NCBI GenBank assembly: GCA_043228905.1
Contig: JBHGNT010000007.1
Location: 6,820,001-6,884,000, forward strand
Direction: 5' to 3'
Source: Azolla caroliniana
Taxonomy: Eukaryota; Plantae; Polypodiophyta
Length of the DNA: 64,000 bases
This document shows positions 38,327 through 52,900 of this stretch, piece by piece. Made by a program: the position numbers and the translations under genes. Below the pieces are notes generated by a model that searched no databases, was not told the origin of the DNA, and saw only the letters and a list, made by a program, of their open reading frames with translations. Every line of letters begins with the position of its first letter. The stretch's first letter is position 1.

Positions 38327-38539
38327 CCTTCAGAAACCCTAATTTTTCTGGAACCCCTGATTCTGGAAAACTATATGTTATATATATAGAAATGTGGAGA
38401 GAGACAGACAGACAGACAGACGAATGAAGCAGAAATATACATCACATGGGCAAAAGAGGGAAAAGAGGATTTGAACCTACGACCTCCCAAAGAGCCCAAG
38501 AGAGAGAGAGAGAGAGCCTTTACAAACAAGAGAACAACC

Positions 38540-39000
38540 ATGGATTGATTAGTGCTTACAGGGCTACATGGTGTTTTTTACAAAAAGTCTTTTATATCAT
38601 TGCTCCGTTGAGTCTCTTGGATGCCCATTATCCAAGGTTGAAGAAGAATGGAAGTCGCAGATCTTAAAACGCAGTTCAGCATTCTAAATTGGTACTTGTC
38701 ACAAATGTCTTCATTTGGAGAGGTTTGATTGGGGGATTGCCTTTGGCATTAGCTCTAAAACGTCGTGGACTAGTAACGGGTACTTGCTTCTTTTGCATTC
38801 TTCAAATGGAAGATAGTGCTCATCGTTTTATACAATGTCCGATTGCTTATCAAATTTGGAGTTACTTTTCTTAAATTTGGCAAGTTTTATCACAGTGTTA
38901 CTTGACGCCTAGACAGTGGGTGTTTGCACAATTTACACCGGTTGACCTAAAATCAGAGATGGAGATCGTTTTCCTATGTTTGAGGTATTGGGGATTGGTG
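38540..39000 (+). mobile_element. Degenerate LINE ORF2 fragment (zf-RVT region); boundaries approximate
   Basis: FIWRGLIGGLP..KRRG..CFFCILQMEDSAHRFIQCPIAYQIW fits the C-terminal cysteine motif of plant L1 ORF2. Confidence 0.7.
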
Positions 39001-41082
39001 ATGCTATGGTGTTTTCGAAAGCCAAATTATCCATGAGCTTTCTTGTCATTTTTTTCAGACCATGCACTTATCTTTGATTCCATTATACATCCAAATAGTT
39101 TTGCCATTAATGAACCAACCAGAGAGAGAGAGTTCATGCTATGATTGCAATAGAAAATTTTTGTATGGAAAGAAAGCATTGTTGAAATTGTGATCAAAAT
39201 GTGCAGAGCATTGTTATCAAAGTGCGATGCTCGAATATGAAGTAAATCGTAATGGAAGCAATGGCTCACATTGAGGACAATGCAATGGACTCGAATGTGT
39301 AGCAATATATGTGGGCTCCCCCAGCGAAGAATATGATTTTTGTAGTTACGCTACAACATTTCTGAAATAATGTATGAAGAAGCATAAGCCTCCACGTTTT
39401 TCCCATCATTGGCATTGCAAGCACAACGGAATCTATTAATCCATAATGAAACAAATGGGTTGCATGTAATCTTCAAAACCATTTTTTTATATCTTGCATT
39501 AGTTCTAAAAAAAGTATAATAACCATACAATATTTAGTAATTTATGAGGATTTATGTAGTGAACCTCATTTGCTAGAGAAGTTTATTTACGCTTGAACTA
39601 AACATTTGAGACCTAAACTATTAAGCCCATGTTGTACGTAACATGACTCACAAAGACACTGACATTTCCAATGATATTGAAGAATAAACATGAGACTATG
39701 AAAAAGGTGGAATAACATAAACCTTGTTCTAGAGTTTTGCCAAACACCCCCATGTGAAAAGGGACAAACCTTTAGTAAAAGAACTATAAAAGTTGCAACT
39801 CTTTATCTTTTTCTTGATTCTTATATCTTGTTCTCCTCTTTAATCTAAGTTATAGCTTTCTCTAGACCTTTACACCTATAATTCATTGAATATCAAGGAA
39901 ATCAGGGTTAAATGCTAATTAGCCAAACCTAATCGCTACTCTTTTTGTACGTGTCAAGTGATTTTCATAAATAATCAAGTTGTGGTTAGTGTTAGTATGA
40001 ATGGTTTACTTTCATGTGTGTATGTACTTAACATATAGGCATTCGTGAAGGCTTAGGTTAACTTATTGATCAAGGTTGTATTAGTGAGATGAGAACGATA
40101 GTTCACGAGGTCATAGTTTGCAGGGCAAAGAACATGAGAGCGATTGAAAACTACTCTAATAGAGTATAACATAGCTTGAACCCCTTAAACATTCATGCGC
40201 CATGCCACTAGGAGATAGAACGCGTTCTTAAATCTAACTTCCTTCATTTCAATTCATAATTGCGAGAATGCAATGTTTTGGAGATGGGGAGTACGTTATA
40301 GGCATAACCTTAAGCCCTTCATAATGACATCTTCAGATGTTGTCGAGACTCTATTGGTGAGGCAATGCTATCTTCTTTCAATCCATTACTCACCAATATA
40401 TAACATAAGGTAGTATTTGGTGTATGGGACACTTATTATATTTTATGCTCCTCTCATATCCTTCGGCATTTGGGGTGGTCAAGCACCCTCGATCAAATTC
40501 TTACCTCAATCTCTTGTTATATTACTCAACATTCGTTCAATCCATAATATCAAGGAGGTGTCAAGTGATGGATGGGGTTATTAAGGCCCATTTTAAATCT
40601 ATTTTGCCATAGAATCAAATGCATGCAACACAATAGTTCCATTCATGTACACATATTCTTCTGATTGCCAACATGCATGGAGAATGTGGATATCTATTAT
40701 GAACTGGTGCAAGATCCAAGTTATATGGGTTGTGTTGTCACCGAATCTTGTACGCCAATAACTCAAAAAACGAGTGGATAACAACTAGAATCTGTGTGTA
40801 TATATCCATACATAGAACAAACACTTGTTTAGCACAGCCTTAACTAAAAACCAATGTAAAAAAACCTATACAAGTAGCCTTAACTAAAAAAATCAATGTA
40901 AAAAAAACTATGTAGTCTTTCTTTCACCAAAAGGGAAGAGAAGAAGAGAAGCCTAATTCTGTAAATTCTGCTAATATTAGTGAAGGCCTCCTCTTCCATA
41001 TTCTTCTGCTTCTCCGTTTGTTCTAAATTTTTTTCCCGTGTGTGTCTGTCTGTCTGTGGCTTTCTTCCTTCTGCTCATAGCT

Positions 41083-44000
41083 ATGGCGTCCAGAGCAGAG
41101 GCGATGGCTATGGCGATCGAGGAAGCTCGTTGGGCGCTCCGGCAACGGCATCAGGTCGAAGAAGCCGCCCATTCCCCCGCCTTGAATGCTCTGTCTATCG
41201 CTCTTAAATCACAGGTAAAAACCCGAACCCTTACCGAACACAATCACATACACTAATAGAAAGGCAAATTCTGACAAATTTTTCCGAAGCCCGAATCTAA
41301 CATTGAAAAATGGCACAAACACTAATCCTAAATCTAGTTTTAACTCATGAAAATAAACATAAATACAAATAATAACAATGTAAAAACTACCAAGAGCACT
41401 AATGCTAACCGCAACTAGAAATTTCCCTAACAAGTTTTAGCATAGTCCTGGCATTGACACTTCTACAGTCTCTGACACCAATGCCAATGCTAACTCGAAC
41501 ACTAATTTTACTAACACTAACACTAAACCAACAGAAACACCCTCAAAATTTAACTCTAATCTTAAATCTAAGAAGAAAAATTCAAATTTTTTCAGGCTAC
41601 TGGATTGCAAGAGAAGTTTCAGGAGCTTCAGGACGAGCTAGTACAGTGTTATCGGGCTCAAACTCAAGTATCAGACCAGCTCCTTGAAGAGATTGCATCA
41701 TCAAAGATTTTGAAATTGGAGCTTTCACAGAAGGTTGAGACTTTGGTGCATTGTCAGAAAGAGCTTCTTTCCAATAGGTTTTTATCGAACCCTAAATCTA
41801 TCTCTCTATTCTTTGTTTTTTATTAGCTTTGTTTTGTATGTAAGCCAATGCCATTGTTTTCAAACCTTGTATTGTGAAATGTAGATTCGTAAAGCCATCT
41901 TTGGAAGATAAACTATGCATTTGGGCATTTATTAAAGAAGACAGTGCTATTCTTTCAACGCTGGACATTAAGGCTATAAACCTCATGATTTAACACTTTA
42001 ACATAATACCGTTATTTTGAACAACAGATGATGCTATGATTCTAGACCATTGAGTGATTTATTCTGTTGGTAAAATCTGTTACCTGTGTCTTCATATCCT
42101 AAGAAAATAATTCGTTTTTCATTCACAAAAAACGATAGAAGGCAATGTGCGAGGAAGAAAACAAAACCAAAGGAATAGATATTAGAAACGAAGGACAATT
42201 ATGTAAAAGCAGCCTTCTGAACACTCTAGTAATAGTTGTCACACCGCTAACAGAAATGGGGAACACACCACTGAAAGACAAGAAAGCACCAGTGATTAAA
42301 TGATGGGATTTGTACGGAAGGTCTTTCTGCTGTTATCATTCACTTGGGTAGTTTCTGTATTTGGTGTTCCAGTAGCCTTTGACTGTCTGCCTCAATGAAT
42401 TGAGGATACTGTGATGTTGAATGTCATATTAATGGGGTGCTGTTAGCCAGTGGGGTGAGGTGCATCCAGTCAGATAGCATGAGGAGGTCAAATGGCTGCA
42501 GGCACATCAATCCAATTTTTGTCTTTTCTTGTTGGACCATGAGTTGCCGATCTACATAGCATCAAATAAATAATAATGGCTCGGATTTAAATTAATGAAC
42601 ATAATTTGAGCTAAACAGAATGCAGATCCATAGATTTGATAAAACTGCTGTTTTTTATAACTCGGTCAGTGAAGACATTTTGGTTAAAGGAAAGCTTTGA
42701 AAATATATATTGGATCGATGAGAACAGTTTCGATTGAACCAAGTATGTACAAGTTGACGGAGTCTGCAAGTTACAGGAAGAAAATGCAGATGAATGATGA
42801 AAATTAGGTGATTTGTAGATCCAAAGATTGATGTGATAGAAAAACACATTATCAGATTCAAAAGCCAAGGAGATTAAAGGCAGAGGAAGAAAGAGGAGAT
42901 CAAATTGAGAGCATAACAGCTGGAGGAGAAATGCCATGTGCTGCCGGACAAAAAGGCAGAATAAATGGCTGTTATCATCTGGAACAGCTTATTGAATTGA
43001 TTGAACTTTACTAACTTCATATACTATTATACCTCATGGGAATTAATATTTCTTAGGGTATACAGCAACAGAAACTAGACTCTCCTGTAGCATGACCAGT
43101 ATGTAGTGCCTATGTGGGCTACTGGATTTATGTTCTTCATCATTCCTCCTATCTTCCATACAGGAGTAACCAACCTTTCATCTTTCATTGACCAATCAGC
43201 TTGTTCCGGGATTCAATTAATGCTTTCATATTTGAAAACATATTGGATTTTTGTTTACTCGCAATAATCTGTTCTTTTCAAATCGATGAAAGCCTTTTCA
43301 CTTAAAACGTTTCCCTTTTCAGTGATAGGTCTAATAAAGTATTATAAATTTTGTGAAATGTCAGTGTAATGGCGCCAGTAACATAATATCTATGTTCTGG
43401 TTGTGAAAATTAGGAAAAAATAGATTTGAAATAACGGAAGTACATTTATTAGCATGCAGGGTTCTGAAATGATCCCAAACATCCTGTTCCAACGAGTTGA
43501 AACGGCCAGTTATTAAAGGAACTTCTTGTCGGTTCTCAGAGAAATATTCGTTAGGGCGGGGTTGAAAGTTTGAGTGATTTCATTCTTGCACGCACGCATG
43601 GTTATGAATAATTTTAATACAATTGGATTCTCTGCTTCTTTGAATATGCCAACAAATGAACTAGACAACAATTGGATGGTGAACAGGATCTTGATTCAAT
43701 AGATGGATAAGAAAGCCTTTCATCTTGCCCGGCACCTTCTGTAAACCTCTTTGGGTGTGTAACCCAACCTCCTGTGGGACTAAAAGAAAGATAATTTTTG
43801 TTGAGTCCACAAGGTGCTAGGTTACACAAAGGGATTAGTGTGTGGTTGAAAGGTTCATCAGGGAAGGAAAGAAGCAAGTGGAAACTTGACTGGTTGTGAG
43901 TGTGAAGCTGACCATGAAACACCTCAAGCATCCTATAATGCAAGAATTAGCCCAAACAATGGAATTTACATTTCAAACCTCATGTAGCTAAATTCTATAT

Positions 44001-46843
44001 AACAAATTAACCGATTTTGTTGTGATTTTTTGAAAGTGAGAATACAGTAAAAAACTGTCCTATGTGTGTATGTATGAGTTTGTGTATTAGTTCAGACTGT
44101 AGATAGTATATATATGTATATATGCATGTATGTGTGTGTGTATAAGCTCAGAGTGTAATTGTAAAGGTGATTTTTTGTCATTATCTTATGTTTATGCTAA
44201 CATTATCTTTCAAGGTGGTTCCAATAGTCTAAACAGGTTTTGACAGGGAAGAAGTTGCAAGGCTGAGAGGAGAGCTAGAGGAGAAATCACGTGCTCTTGA
44301 TCTTATCATTCCTGAGAATGAAGAGCTTCGGAGGGAGATGCAATCACTCGAAGAAAGGCTGAAGGCTGTCGAATATGATAGCAAGACATTGATAGATCGG
44401 TGGATGTCACAGAAAATGTTAGATGCTGAGAGGCTCAATGAGGTATCAATTAATCACTTGCACAAATTTTCAGAGAGATCAGGGAGGTATTTGGAGTTCG
44501 CTTATACATATAGCTATCATATGGATCTCACAAATATCAGAGTCATGTAAAAATCAGTATTCACATTGATTCCATCAAAATTATAGAAAATGCAGGGATC
44601 TTAGACTAACTCTCACGCAGCAAGATCACTTAGAGGACTTAAGGGAAAATCAGTAGATTAGGAAAAATGGGCTTGTGATTACAAAGATGTAGACTGATTT
44701 ATATAACCAATATGTACAGGTAACTGGAAACCCAACAGTCACTTAACTAGGTTCACACTATTCTAACTATGTTCACAGCAAAGCTTTCATAGTATACACA
44801 TTAAGTGTAACAGATCCCCCTGAAGTGAAAGGTGTGAACTTAAATGTTGTCACTATCCAGGTGTTGGAAGAATACTCAGGTCCTTGCGAAAATATTCAAA
44901 CTATCCTATGTTGTGATTAAAAATATCTAATACAAATATGTACAAACTAGTACCTATGTTGGTCGGATCAAAATATTAAAGAAGTCCGCGTGTAAACCAG
45001 TACCCACCATGCACATCAAGATATAAAAAAATATTATCATATTTATGATATCCATATTGTTCACATAAAAACAATGTAAGAGGATACTTTAGAAATCGAA
45101 AAAGTTTGTGCATGAAGCAGTACTCACATTGTTCACAGCATATTGTATATAAACTATTGTCCACATGGTTCATGTCAAAAATATCAAATACAATTGTGTC
45201 AAAACTAATGCACATAGATAACACAAAAGCCATCTTTGTAATTTCACATCCTTCTTGATGGGTAGAGTTCCTGATCAAGTCCTCTTTAGTATGTTACACA
45301 CAAAAAAATCCCATCTTTGCTGCTTAATGTGTTTGGATAACCTCTTGTCTGGTATGTCGTCAAAATACTTTATTTTCTCATATAGAGGAAGTCCAAAGAA
45401 TGAAATAGTATCAATCATCATCATATTGGAGAGTTGGTAAATTTGTTCATGTCCATTATGATGAGAAACTTTTGGGATGATAAAATTTCTGTCCCCATTT
45501 GACATCCCGTCTTCTATAGAAAGTGGTAAATATGTTGCATAGTTTTTTCATACCTACATAGAAACCATGAAGTTCTAGTGTTTAATCTGGAATCATGATC
45601 ATGTACATGTGACATCAGTTACTACTGTTTTTATTCCAGTAAAAGAGATTGATCCCTGAAACAAAACAAAACTCTGACTATTCATTTTATTCCATAGATA
45701 TGGCCTGTCATCCACTGTTTTTTAACTTAGCTAGGGCCAAAACCACATAGATTCACATGTCTTATACGCAAATGATGCTTCACATTGATTGTTGACTTGT
45801 GCTTGTTTTGCATAATGCAGGCAAACGCTATGTATGAAGACCTTCTTGCAAGATTTAAGGCGGGTAGGTTGGAAGAGCTCGCAAAACAACAGGCAGATGG
45901 TATTGTAAGGCACAGTGAATCAGGGGCAGAAGAGTATGTCGAATTGAGAAATCCAACGCATTTGATTCGGACACTTCAAGCCCATGAAAAAGGATGCACC
46001 ACGGCTATTTTTCAACATAATAGCGATGTTTTAGTGAGCGGAGGAAATGATAAGTTTGTCAAAATTTGGAATACAAAGTCGGGTGCAATACTAAGCTCAC
46101 TTTCAGGATGCTTGAGCTCTGTGTTGGACTTGGCTCTACCAGCTGATAACAAGTTTGTTCTTGGAGCTGGTGGAGATCACAAACTCTACTTTTGGGAGAT
46201 TCTTTCCGGACGAATTCGCCATCTCTTAACGGGTCATGCTGAGAAAGTCTGTGCTGTGGACATCAGCAAAGTCTCTAATAGAACATCTGTTAGTGGGGCT
46301 CATGATAGAACCATGAAGATTTGGGACCTACAGAGAGGCTATGCAGTGAACACCGTGATATGCCATAGTAATTGTAACGCCTTACGCTTGTGCTCAGATG
46401 GATCTTTATTTTGTTCTGGACACATGGATGGTACTCTACGTTTTTGGGATGTGAGAACAGGGAAACCGGCCAATGAGATTGCAGCACATGGACAGATTAT
46501 AACCTCGGTTTCGATATCGAGGAGTGGTCGGATGGTTCTTACAAGTGGAAGAGATAATCAGCATAATCTATTTGATGTACGAACAATGGAAATAGTGGCC
46601 TCTTTTAAAGCCCAGAATCATCGTGTATCGAGCAATTGGAGTAGATCATGCATTAGTGCTGATGAGAACTACATTGCTGCTGGTTCAGATAGTGGGTCAG
46701 TGTCAGTTTGGAATATAAAGAAAAATGAAGTAGAGAGTACACTTTTGGGTCATTCAACCTCGGTATTAGCTTGTGCTTGGAGTGACATGGGGAAACCTTT
46801 GGCCAGTGCTGATAAAAGTGGCATTGTCCATCTTTGGCATTGA
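41083..46843 (+). CDS. ATG16: Autophagy protein ATG16 (coiled coil + WD40); exons 41083-41214, 41596-41777, 44247-44442, 45821-46843
   Basis: [59 protein letters not shown] and QQADGIVR, followed by WD40 repeats; matches the plant ATG16 architecture. Confidence 0.94.
44546..44822 (-). mobile_element. Probable 3' LTR with polypurine tract in ATG16 intron 3
   Basis: The minus strand reads agggggatc|TGTTACAC..TATATAAAT..TTTTACA: PPT, TG..CA ends and a TATA box. Confidence 0.5.
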
Positions 46844-47714
46844 AAGAAGCATATGATGTATAGTCATTTTGTATGTGCCATAACCCGTTCTTTATATATC
46901 TTTGTCATTGAAACGTCTATTCCTTCAGAATTGCTAAACTACAGATATAAAATACAGCCAGCCCAAGCGTTTTTACATGGAGCTTTAAGCAAATGCCTGG
47001 GAGAAGAAAATTTCTTCATAATGTAGCAAAATGAAGATGCTTCCACAAAACATGCCTATAGACAATCATTGTCAAAGAGATGGTTATTCAGTGTACTTCA
47101 ATGTTGTATTCTTTTAGGGGATGCCAGTTGCTTATTGGTTCTCTAAAAAGGAGTGCTATGTTCTTTACTTACAGACTCAAATTCTTTGCATTAGGTTAAT
47201 GGTTTGCCAAGACCATGTCTAATATGATTCCAAAAATAAATGATAGTGTAATCCTTAAGTGGCTTGCTAGTGTTCATTGTTATTGTTAAACTTAGTATAT
47301 GTTTAATTTATAATTTTCTAGTATGTGCTTAAACCCACTCACTCAAGGCATATTTTTCAGTCTTAGTATATGTTAAACCATTGCAGTAGTGTAGGCATGA
47401 CTTGCTGTCATTGAGTGTTTTCATGTTGCTGACATATTATAGGTCATGCACATGAGCAGCATCCACAATTTCCATAGACTGGGATTTGTCTCAATTTGGT
47501 TTCACATGTGTTTTAGGCGTTAATTGCATTCTGGAAAGTGTATTAAACCTCTAGTATTTTACGTGATCCCCTAAACAGCTTGGTCACTCGATACCAGGTG
47601 ATAAAACAGCAATTTGAAACAGGAAACCATGTTAGACGGCAAATTAGTAAGTAAGATTACAAGCAATGATTATCAGAAACTCCTAAGAAAATAAAAGCGT
47701 AAGAGGAAACAAAT

Positions 47715-49827
47715 TCATGTAACAGAGAGGGGTTGAGGATGGGGAAACCCCCAAGGGCCTGTATAAGAACTATTCGACCAATACTGGTCCTCGGAAAGGC
47801 CTCCAAATAGCTTAAACCCCTTGAATGCCTCTAATACTAAACTCAAGTCAATATCTTCCTCTCTAACCTTATCATTTTCTTGTTCATTATCCACAGTCTT
47901 CCTTTCATTACTTTCACTTATAATCTCCTTTTCATTTTTACTAGCAATCAATCCTTCCACCACATTATCACACTTAGCATCACCCATCTCTATGCTCGTA
48001 GAACTGATCCTATCCTTACTCGCATTGGTTGTTGTCTCTTCCATATTTTTTGCCTGCCAATGACGCTTTTCATCATAATGGCTATGCCAACTTCTAGCCT
48101 TCCTCATTTTGTGGAGCTCATTTTGCTCCTCTATAATCTCTTCAGAGATGGTTGATAAGAGCTTAGTATAAGCTTTATGAATAAGTTTTGAAAGCCTAAC
48201 TGCCGAAGCTTTGGCTTCTTCTCTTGCAATCTCCAGATCTCCACAATACCCATCTTGCAGACAAGCATCTAAGAACAAGGAAGCCTTATCCGGACTATGC
48301 TTTAGAGAGATCAAAAGATAGGCTTTCTCAACATCTTCCATAGTACAATGCTCAGGCATGCCGAGTATGGTTCGAGCATCAAGCATACACACGCCAGGAG
48401 AAAGCCTCCTTCTAATAGCTATAATCTTATTGTTGATGTATTCTAACCCAGATAACATGTCAGAATCTGAACCGTTCAGTTGAATCTCGACGGTCCATTG
48501 TGTGGATGGGCTTGGAGCACCACCCAACCTTGCAGATCGATACCGAAGATTTGCTTCGAACACCATCTTGAGTTGTTGTAAGTCAAGGAGGCATTCAGTG
48601 AAGCTTCTCACCAATTCATGTAAAGAGGCTCTAACACTAAGAGCCTTGGTACATTTAGGGTTTAGGGTGAGGGTTCGGTTGCAATCAGCGATGGCATCGA
48701 CCACTCTCCCCATAGCCTGGTAAGCTATAGCTCTATGCAAATAACAATCAGTGATGAACCAAGGAGGGGCAGCTCCTTTATGACCTTCGATAAGCTTAGT
48801 TAAATGTCTCACAGATTCAGAATAAAGGCCAGATTCAAGAGCAACGGATGCGGCGGCCCTTCGCCGAAGAAGCAGCTTTATGTTTGCAATCATGCTGTTG
48901 ATGACATTGAAATCTGTTGACAGTGTGGTACAAGCAGAGACATGGAGCTTGTGATTCTTTTCGTGACGAGAATGGGATCTCACATCCTTTGTGTTACCAT
49001 TCCGTCGGCGGGTGCCCAATTCATCATCACTCATATCATTCCTATTGGAGCAGAAATCATCACCTCTGATACCTTCCCGACTGTTGGAACGTCTGATAAC
49101 ACAACTCTGAATGTTGCATCTTTTACCATTACAATTGTGATCTCTTCTTGTGATACTATTCCGATTATGATCTCTTTTTATGACACCATTCCGGGTGTGA
49201 TCTCTCATTTTGATGCTGTTATGGTTGCACTCTATAATTACAGCATTCCGATGGCAACAGAAATCATCGTCCCTGATATCATTGCTACGCCTTCGAGAGG
49301 CCTCTAATGCAACTTTCTTACCCTTCCGAAGAAGAATCGTGGCATCTTCCATCATTCCCAAGTGATAACAAGCTTGGCCCAAGATCAAATACCTCCATTC
49401 CAACCGACTATAAGCATCTCTTTCACTATTAGTTTTCTTACCGGAAGAGGATTTTCTCCTGAGGAGTGATGAATGGATGCAAAAGCACTTCGTCGAGGTT
49501 TTTGCTTTTGCATTGAGTTTGTCGAGGCATTCAACGGGGTTATTCTCATTGCCATTGTGGTTGAGATTGGTATTGTTGTTCAGACTAGGAAGGAATGGGT
49601 GCAGCAAATCCACAACCTCTTTGAAGCGATTGAAGTGTAGCAAAGCTCTGGCTTTGAGCTCTAATGGCTTCTCCCAATCGGGGAGAATCTGAAGGGCAGA
49701 GTTGAGGGAGGAGATGGCATCCTCTGCTTCTTCACAGAGACCAGAGGAGAGGAGCTTGGTGGCATTGTGGAGGTGGGCCTCGGCAATCTGCAAGGAGGGG
49801 AAGGAACATGGGGTTAAGAGAGAATCA

Positions 49828-49882
<55 letters not shown>

Positions 49883-49961
49883 GAGGCCTGGGGAAGCAAA
49901 TTACCTGAGCTTTGCCAAAGTAGCCATGGCGCTTGAGGAAGGAGATGAGGGGAAGAGGCAT
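47715..49961 (-). CDS. TPR-repeat plus J-like domain protein; exons 49961-49905 and 49787-47715
   Basis: ALQILPDWEKPLELKARALLHFNRFKEVVDLL, WRYLILGQACYHLGMMEDA, AIADCNRTLTLNP, and a J-like segment ILGMPEHCT..VEKAYLLISLKHSPDKA (HxPD instead of HPD). The 117-nt GT-AG intron contains a (CT)n tract. Confidence 0.9.
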
Positions 49962-52900
49962 TAGAATGTAGAGGATACAGAGAGATACAGAGAGATACAG
50001 AGAGATGGAGGGCCAGTACTAGTAACACCACCATATATCTGTAATCTGAATGTATGTATATGGTCCCTTTCTCTGTATCTCTGTATCTCTCTGTTCTGTC
50101 TCTGTTCTCTCTGTTCTCCCTGTCTCTCTCTCCCGCCTCGTCATGCTCTGTTTCATTGCTTCAATTTTCTTTTATTTTCCATAATTTGTTTGTTCTATTT
50201 ATCGATTGATTTTCCGCAATGTGAAGGGGGGGGGGGAGAGACAAAGAACGCAAAACGCAAAAAGCAAAAAGCAAAACGCAAAACGCAAAAAGCAAAAGAC
50301 CCCATCGCCCATCATCATGCATCGCCTCTGTTCTTCGCTTCTTCTTCTTCTTTTTGGCACGTGCGAATTCACCCCCTCTCCCATGTTTATATTTCTCTTG
50401 CGGAAGAAGTTTTTGTTTTTGTTTTTGTTTTTTTTTGCGAAAGAGGATTTGCATTTCTTGCTTTTCGTAGGATTTGCGTTTTTGCTTTTCGTTTTGCGTT
50501 TTGCTTTTCTTTTTGCCTTCCTTTCACTCGAAAAGCAAGTTACTTGTTTACATACCTCGAATTTTTAAAATAAATTTATTTTTTCCCCTTTAAATCATAT
50601 TATTCCAATTATTTTTCCGTCCGGCCACGTCATTTATGTATTTATCCGGCTTTTGATTGAAGCCTGCTTTATTATTTTTATTATTTATTATTTATTTTTG
50701 GCCCAATGGGAGAACGCCACGTCCCGTCATCCACAGCCTGTGTCTCGAAATATTCTATTTTGTTCGGCCTTGAATTATTTTTTTATGTCGCGTTTAAATC
50801 AAAAATAAAATGTGATGGAAAAGCTCCATTTTCTCATTTCCCTCCATTTTTTGTAGATTTTCTTTTCTCTTGCAAAGCAAAAGCAAAAGAAAAAGCAGCA
50901 AGCTTTTTCTGCTTTGTGTCCAAAGCTTTTCTGGCCAACTAAACCACAAAATTGACACTTCTAGGGCTTTAACGTTAACGTTAATGTAAAGTTCGAATTA
51001 GAAGAAGAATAAGAAGAAAGAACAACCAATACAAATTACTTCTCAAGGTTTGGCCTCTCGGAGATTTGATCCAAAATCGCTCTTTTTTACGCTTTCCCTA
51101 GGAAAATAGAACAAAATCCGTGGTTTTCTATGCTTCTCTTTTTGGGGGGATGTAAAGTTTTATTTATTTTTAAAACCCATCAACTTGTTAGTGCTTTGAT
51201 CCCTGGTGGTGGCCAGTAAAGACAATCATACGTTTTTAATGCTTCATTTCGACCCGAAAAGTTGTCCCGTCTCTCTTGCCCCCCCCCCCCCCCCACAATA
51301 AGGAAACCGCGGAATCTCGCCCACCATCTCTAATTTAGCTTCTTTCTTTTACTTGAAAACAAGCAAGCACAACACAATTCAAAACACATATAATGTCTCT
51401 TTTCCACAAGAAAGGTTGGACCCTGTCCCACGGCACACTAGTAGGTGCAAACATATGGCCAAAAAGGGACCGGAGAGAGATTAAGAATGTTTGGCTCCTC
51501 GTGTGACCAACATTGCCACAACTCACACAAAAAGAACTTTTTTTAAGGGAGTTTGCACGCACGATTGGCGCGTTGTGATTCAGATCCCACTGACCATCAA
51601 GAGGAAGAGATTTGCCCATATGGACCCCACTCAACATCAAGTGGGGATTCCCCATTTGGCTCCCACTCACATGAATCACATCGCCCCCCCTCCCTTTCTC
51701 ACATGTTATTACACTCACTCTTGCAAAGATGTTAAAATAAATGCCAATGAAGAAAAAATATGTCCATGTTCTTTCGTTGTAGATTTTACTTCAATACCAA
51801 TGTGTGTATAGGTTGTTGTCTACGTTACAAATTGATGAAACTCCACAAATTCGGCTCTTTGTAATGTAATTGCTATGTACTTTTCATTCACATTATTATC
51901 GAAGGATCCTAATTTCATGGCTAATACTGCGCGAGAATTACATACCCATGAAGTGCCTTGGATATTGGGTCCTCGGTTATCATAAGTGAAGGAAGATTTT
52001 ATAACTAATATTTAGTGTCCCAATAAGGGTATATTTTGAGGTCACAACTATGATTACATTTTATCGAGGTGAACATTGAAACAAAAATTATAAAGAAGTT
52101 TAACATAGATATTATCCAACTTTTACTATTTAATGTACTAGCGTCATGGTAGTAGCACTCAAGTCGCTAAAATGGTTTGGGATATAATTTGACTTGGCTA
52201 CAATAGAGAATGAAGAAATTCTTGTGAAAGTTGCATCCTCAAGTGGCTATATTATTGAAATAGCAAGGCTTTCTACACAATCATGCGTGATCAATATCAA
52301 TATTGATGTGAGATCCTTCAAATCATAACTCGAATCAAACGCTTTCAAGACAAATGAGACATTTCCATGAAATTTAAGATATATCCAAGACATTCAAATT
52401 GTTTACGAATTAGGTAAATATGAACTCCATGTGATTTTGTAAATGATTGACTCCAAGGACATGTTATTATCTTGTGGTAAATATTGTAGAGTGGCTTTGC
52501 AATTTTTCATTTGTTATTAATATTTAAGAATATATGACATTCAAAGTAGACTAAAGACGGGAAATTATGAAGTCTAGGAAATTATGTGAGCAATATTTCG
52601 AAGTAGAAAATGTAATTTGTGATTGGCCTTGATGTATTGTTTTCAAAGATGTCAGATAAAATGGATCTAGTGGTACAATTGATATGCAAGATGCAAATTA
52701 TGCAAAGGGGAAGAAATAATTGATTGACAAAGTCCTTCTTTGAAACTTGGAAATTCTATTGGAGTCACATGCTCCACACATGCTCCCATAAGGAGAATGG
52801 CACGAAAACAAACAACTCATTATGAATTTTTGTGGTAAAAAAAGGAGATATTCACATTCAAATATCTTAGAGGGAATGAAACAAGTGATTCTTTTAACAA

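Noticed and set aside
40100-40790. Possible further LINE remnant, similar to one at ~43600-43950
   Set aside because: Only a faint zf-RVT-like trace with no TSD or tail, too weak to annotate.
22487-49961. ALDH2, orphan, SAP30BP, ATG16 and TPR-J as a stress or proteostasis gene cluster
   Set aside because: Unrelated housekeeping families with no shared motif seen; adjacency alone is not evidence.
50161-50573. Lys-rich and Phe-rich ORFs on both strands
   Set aside because: Low-complexity A/T-tract repeats with no domain signal.
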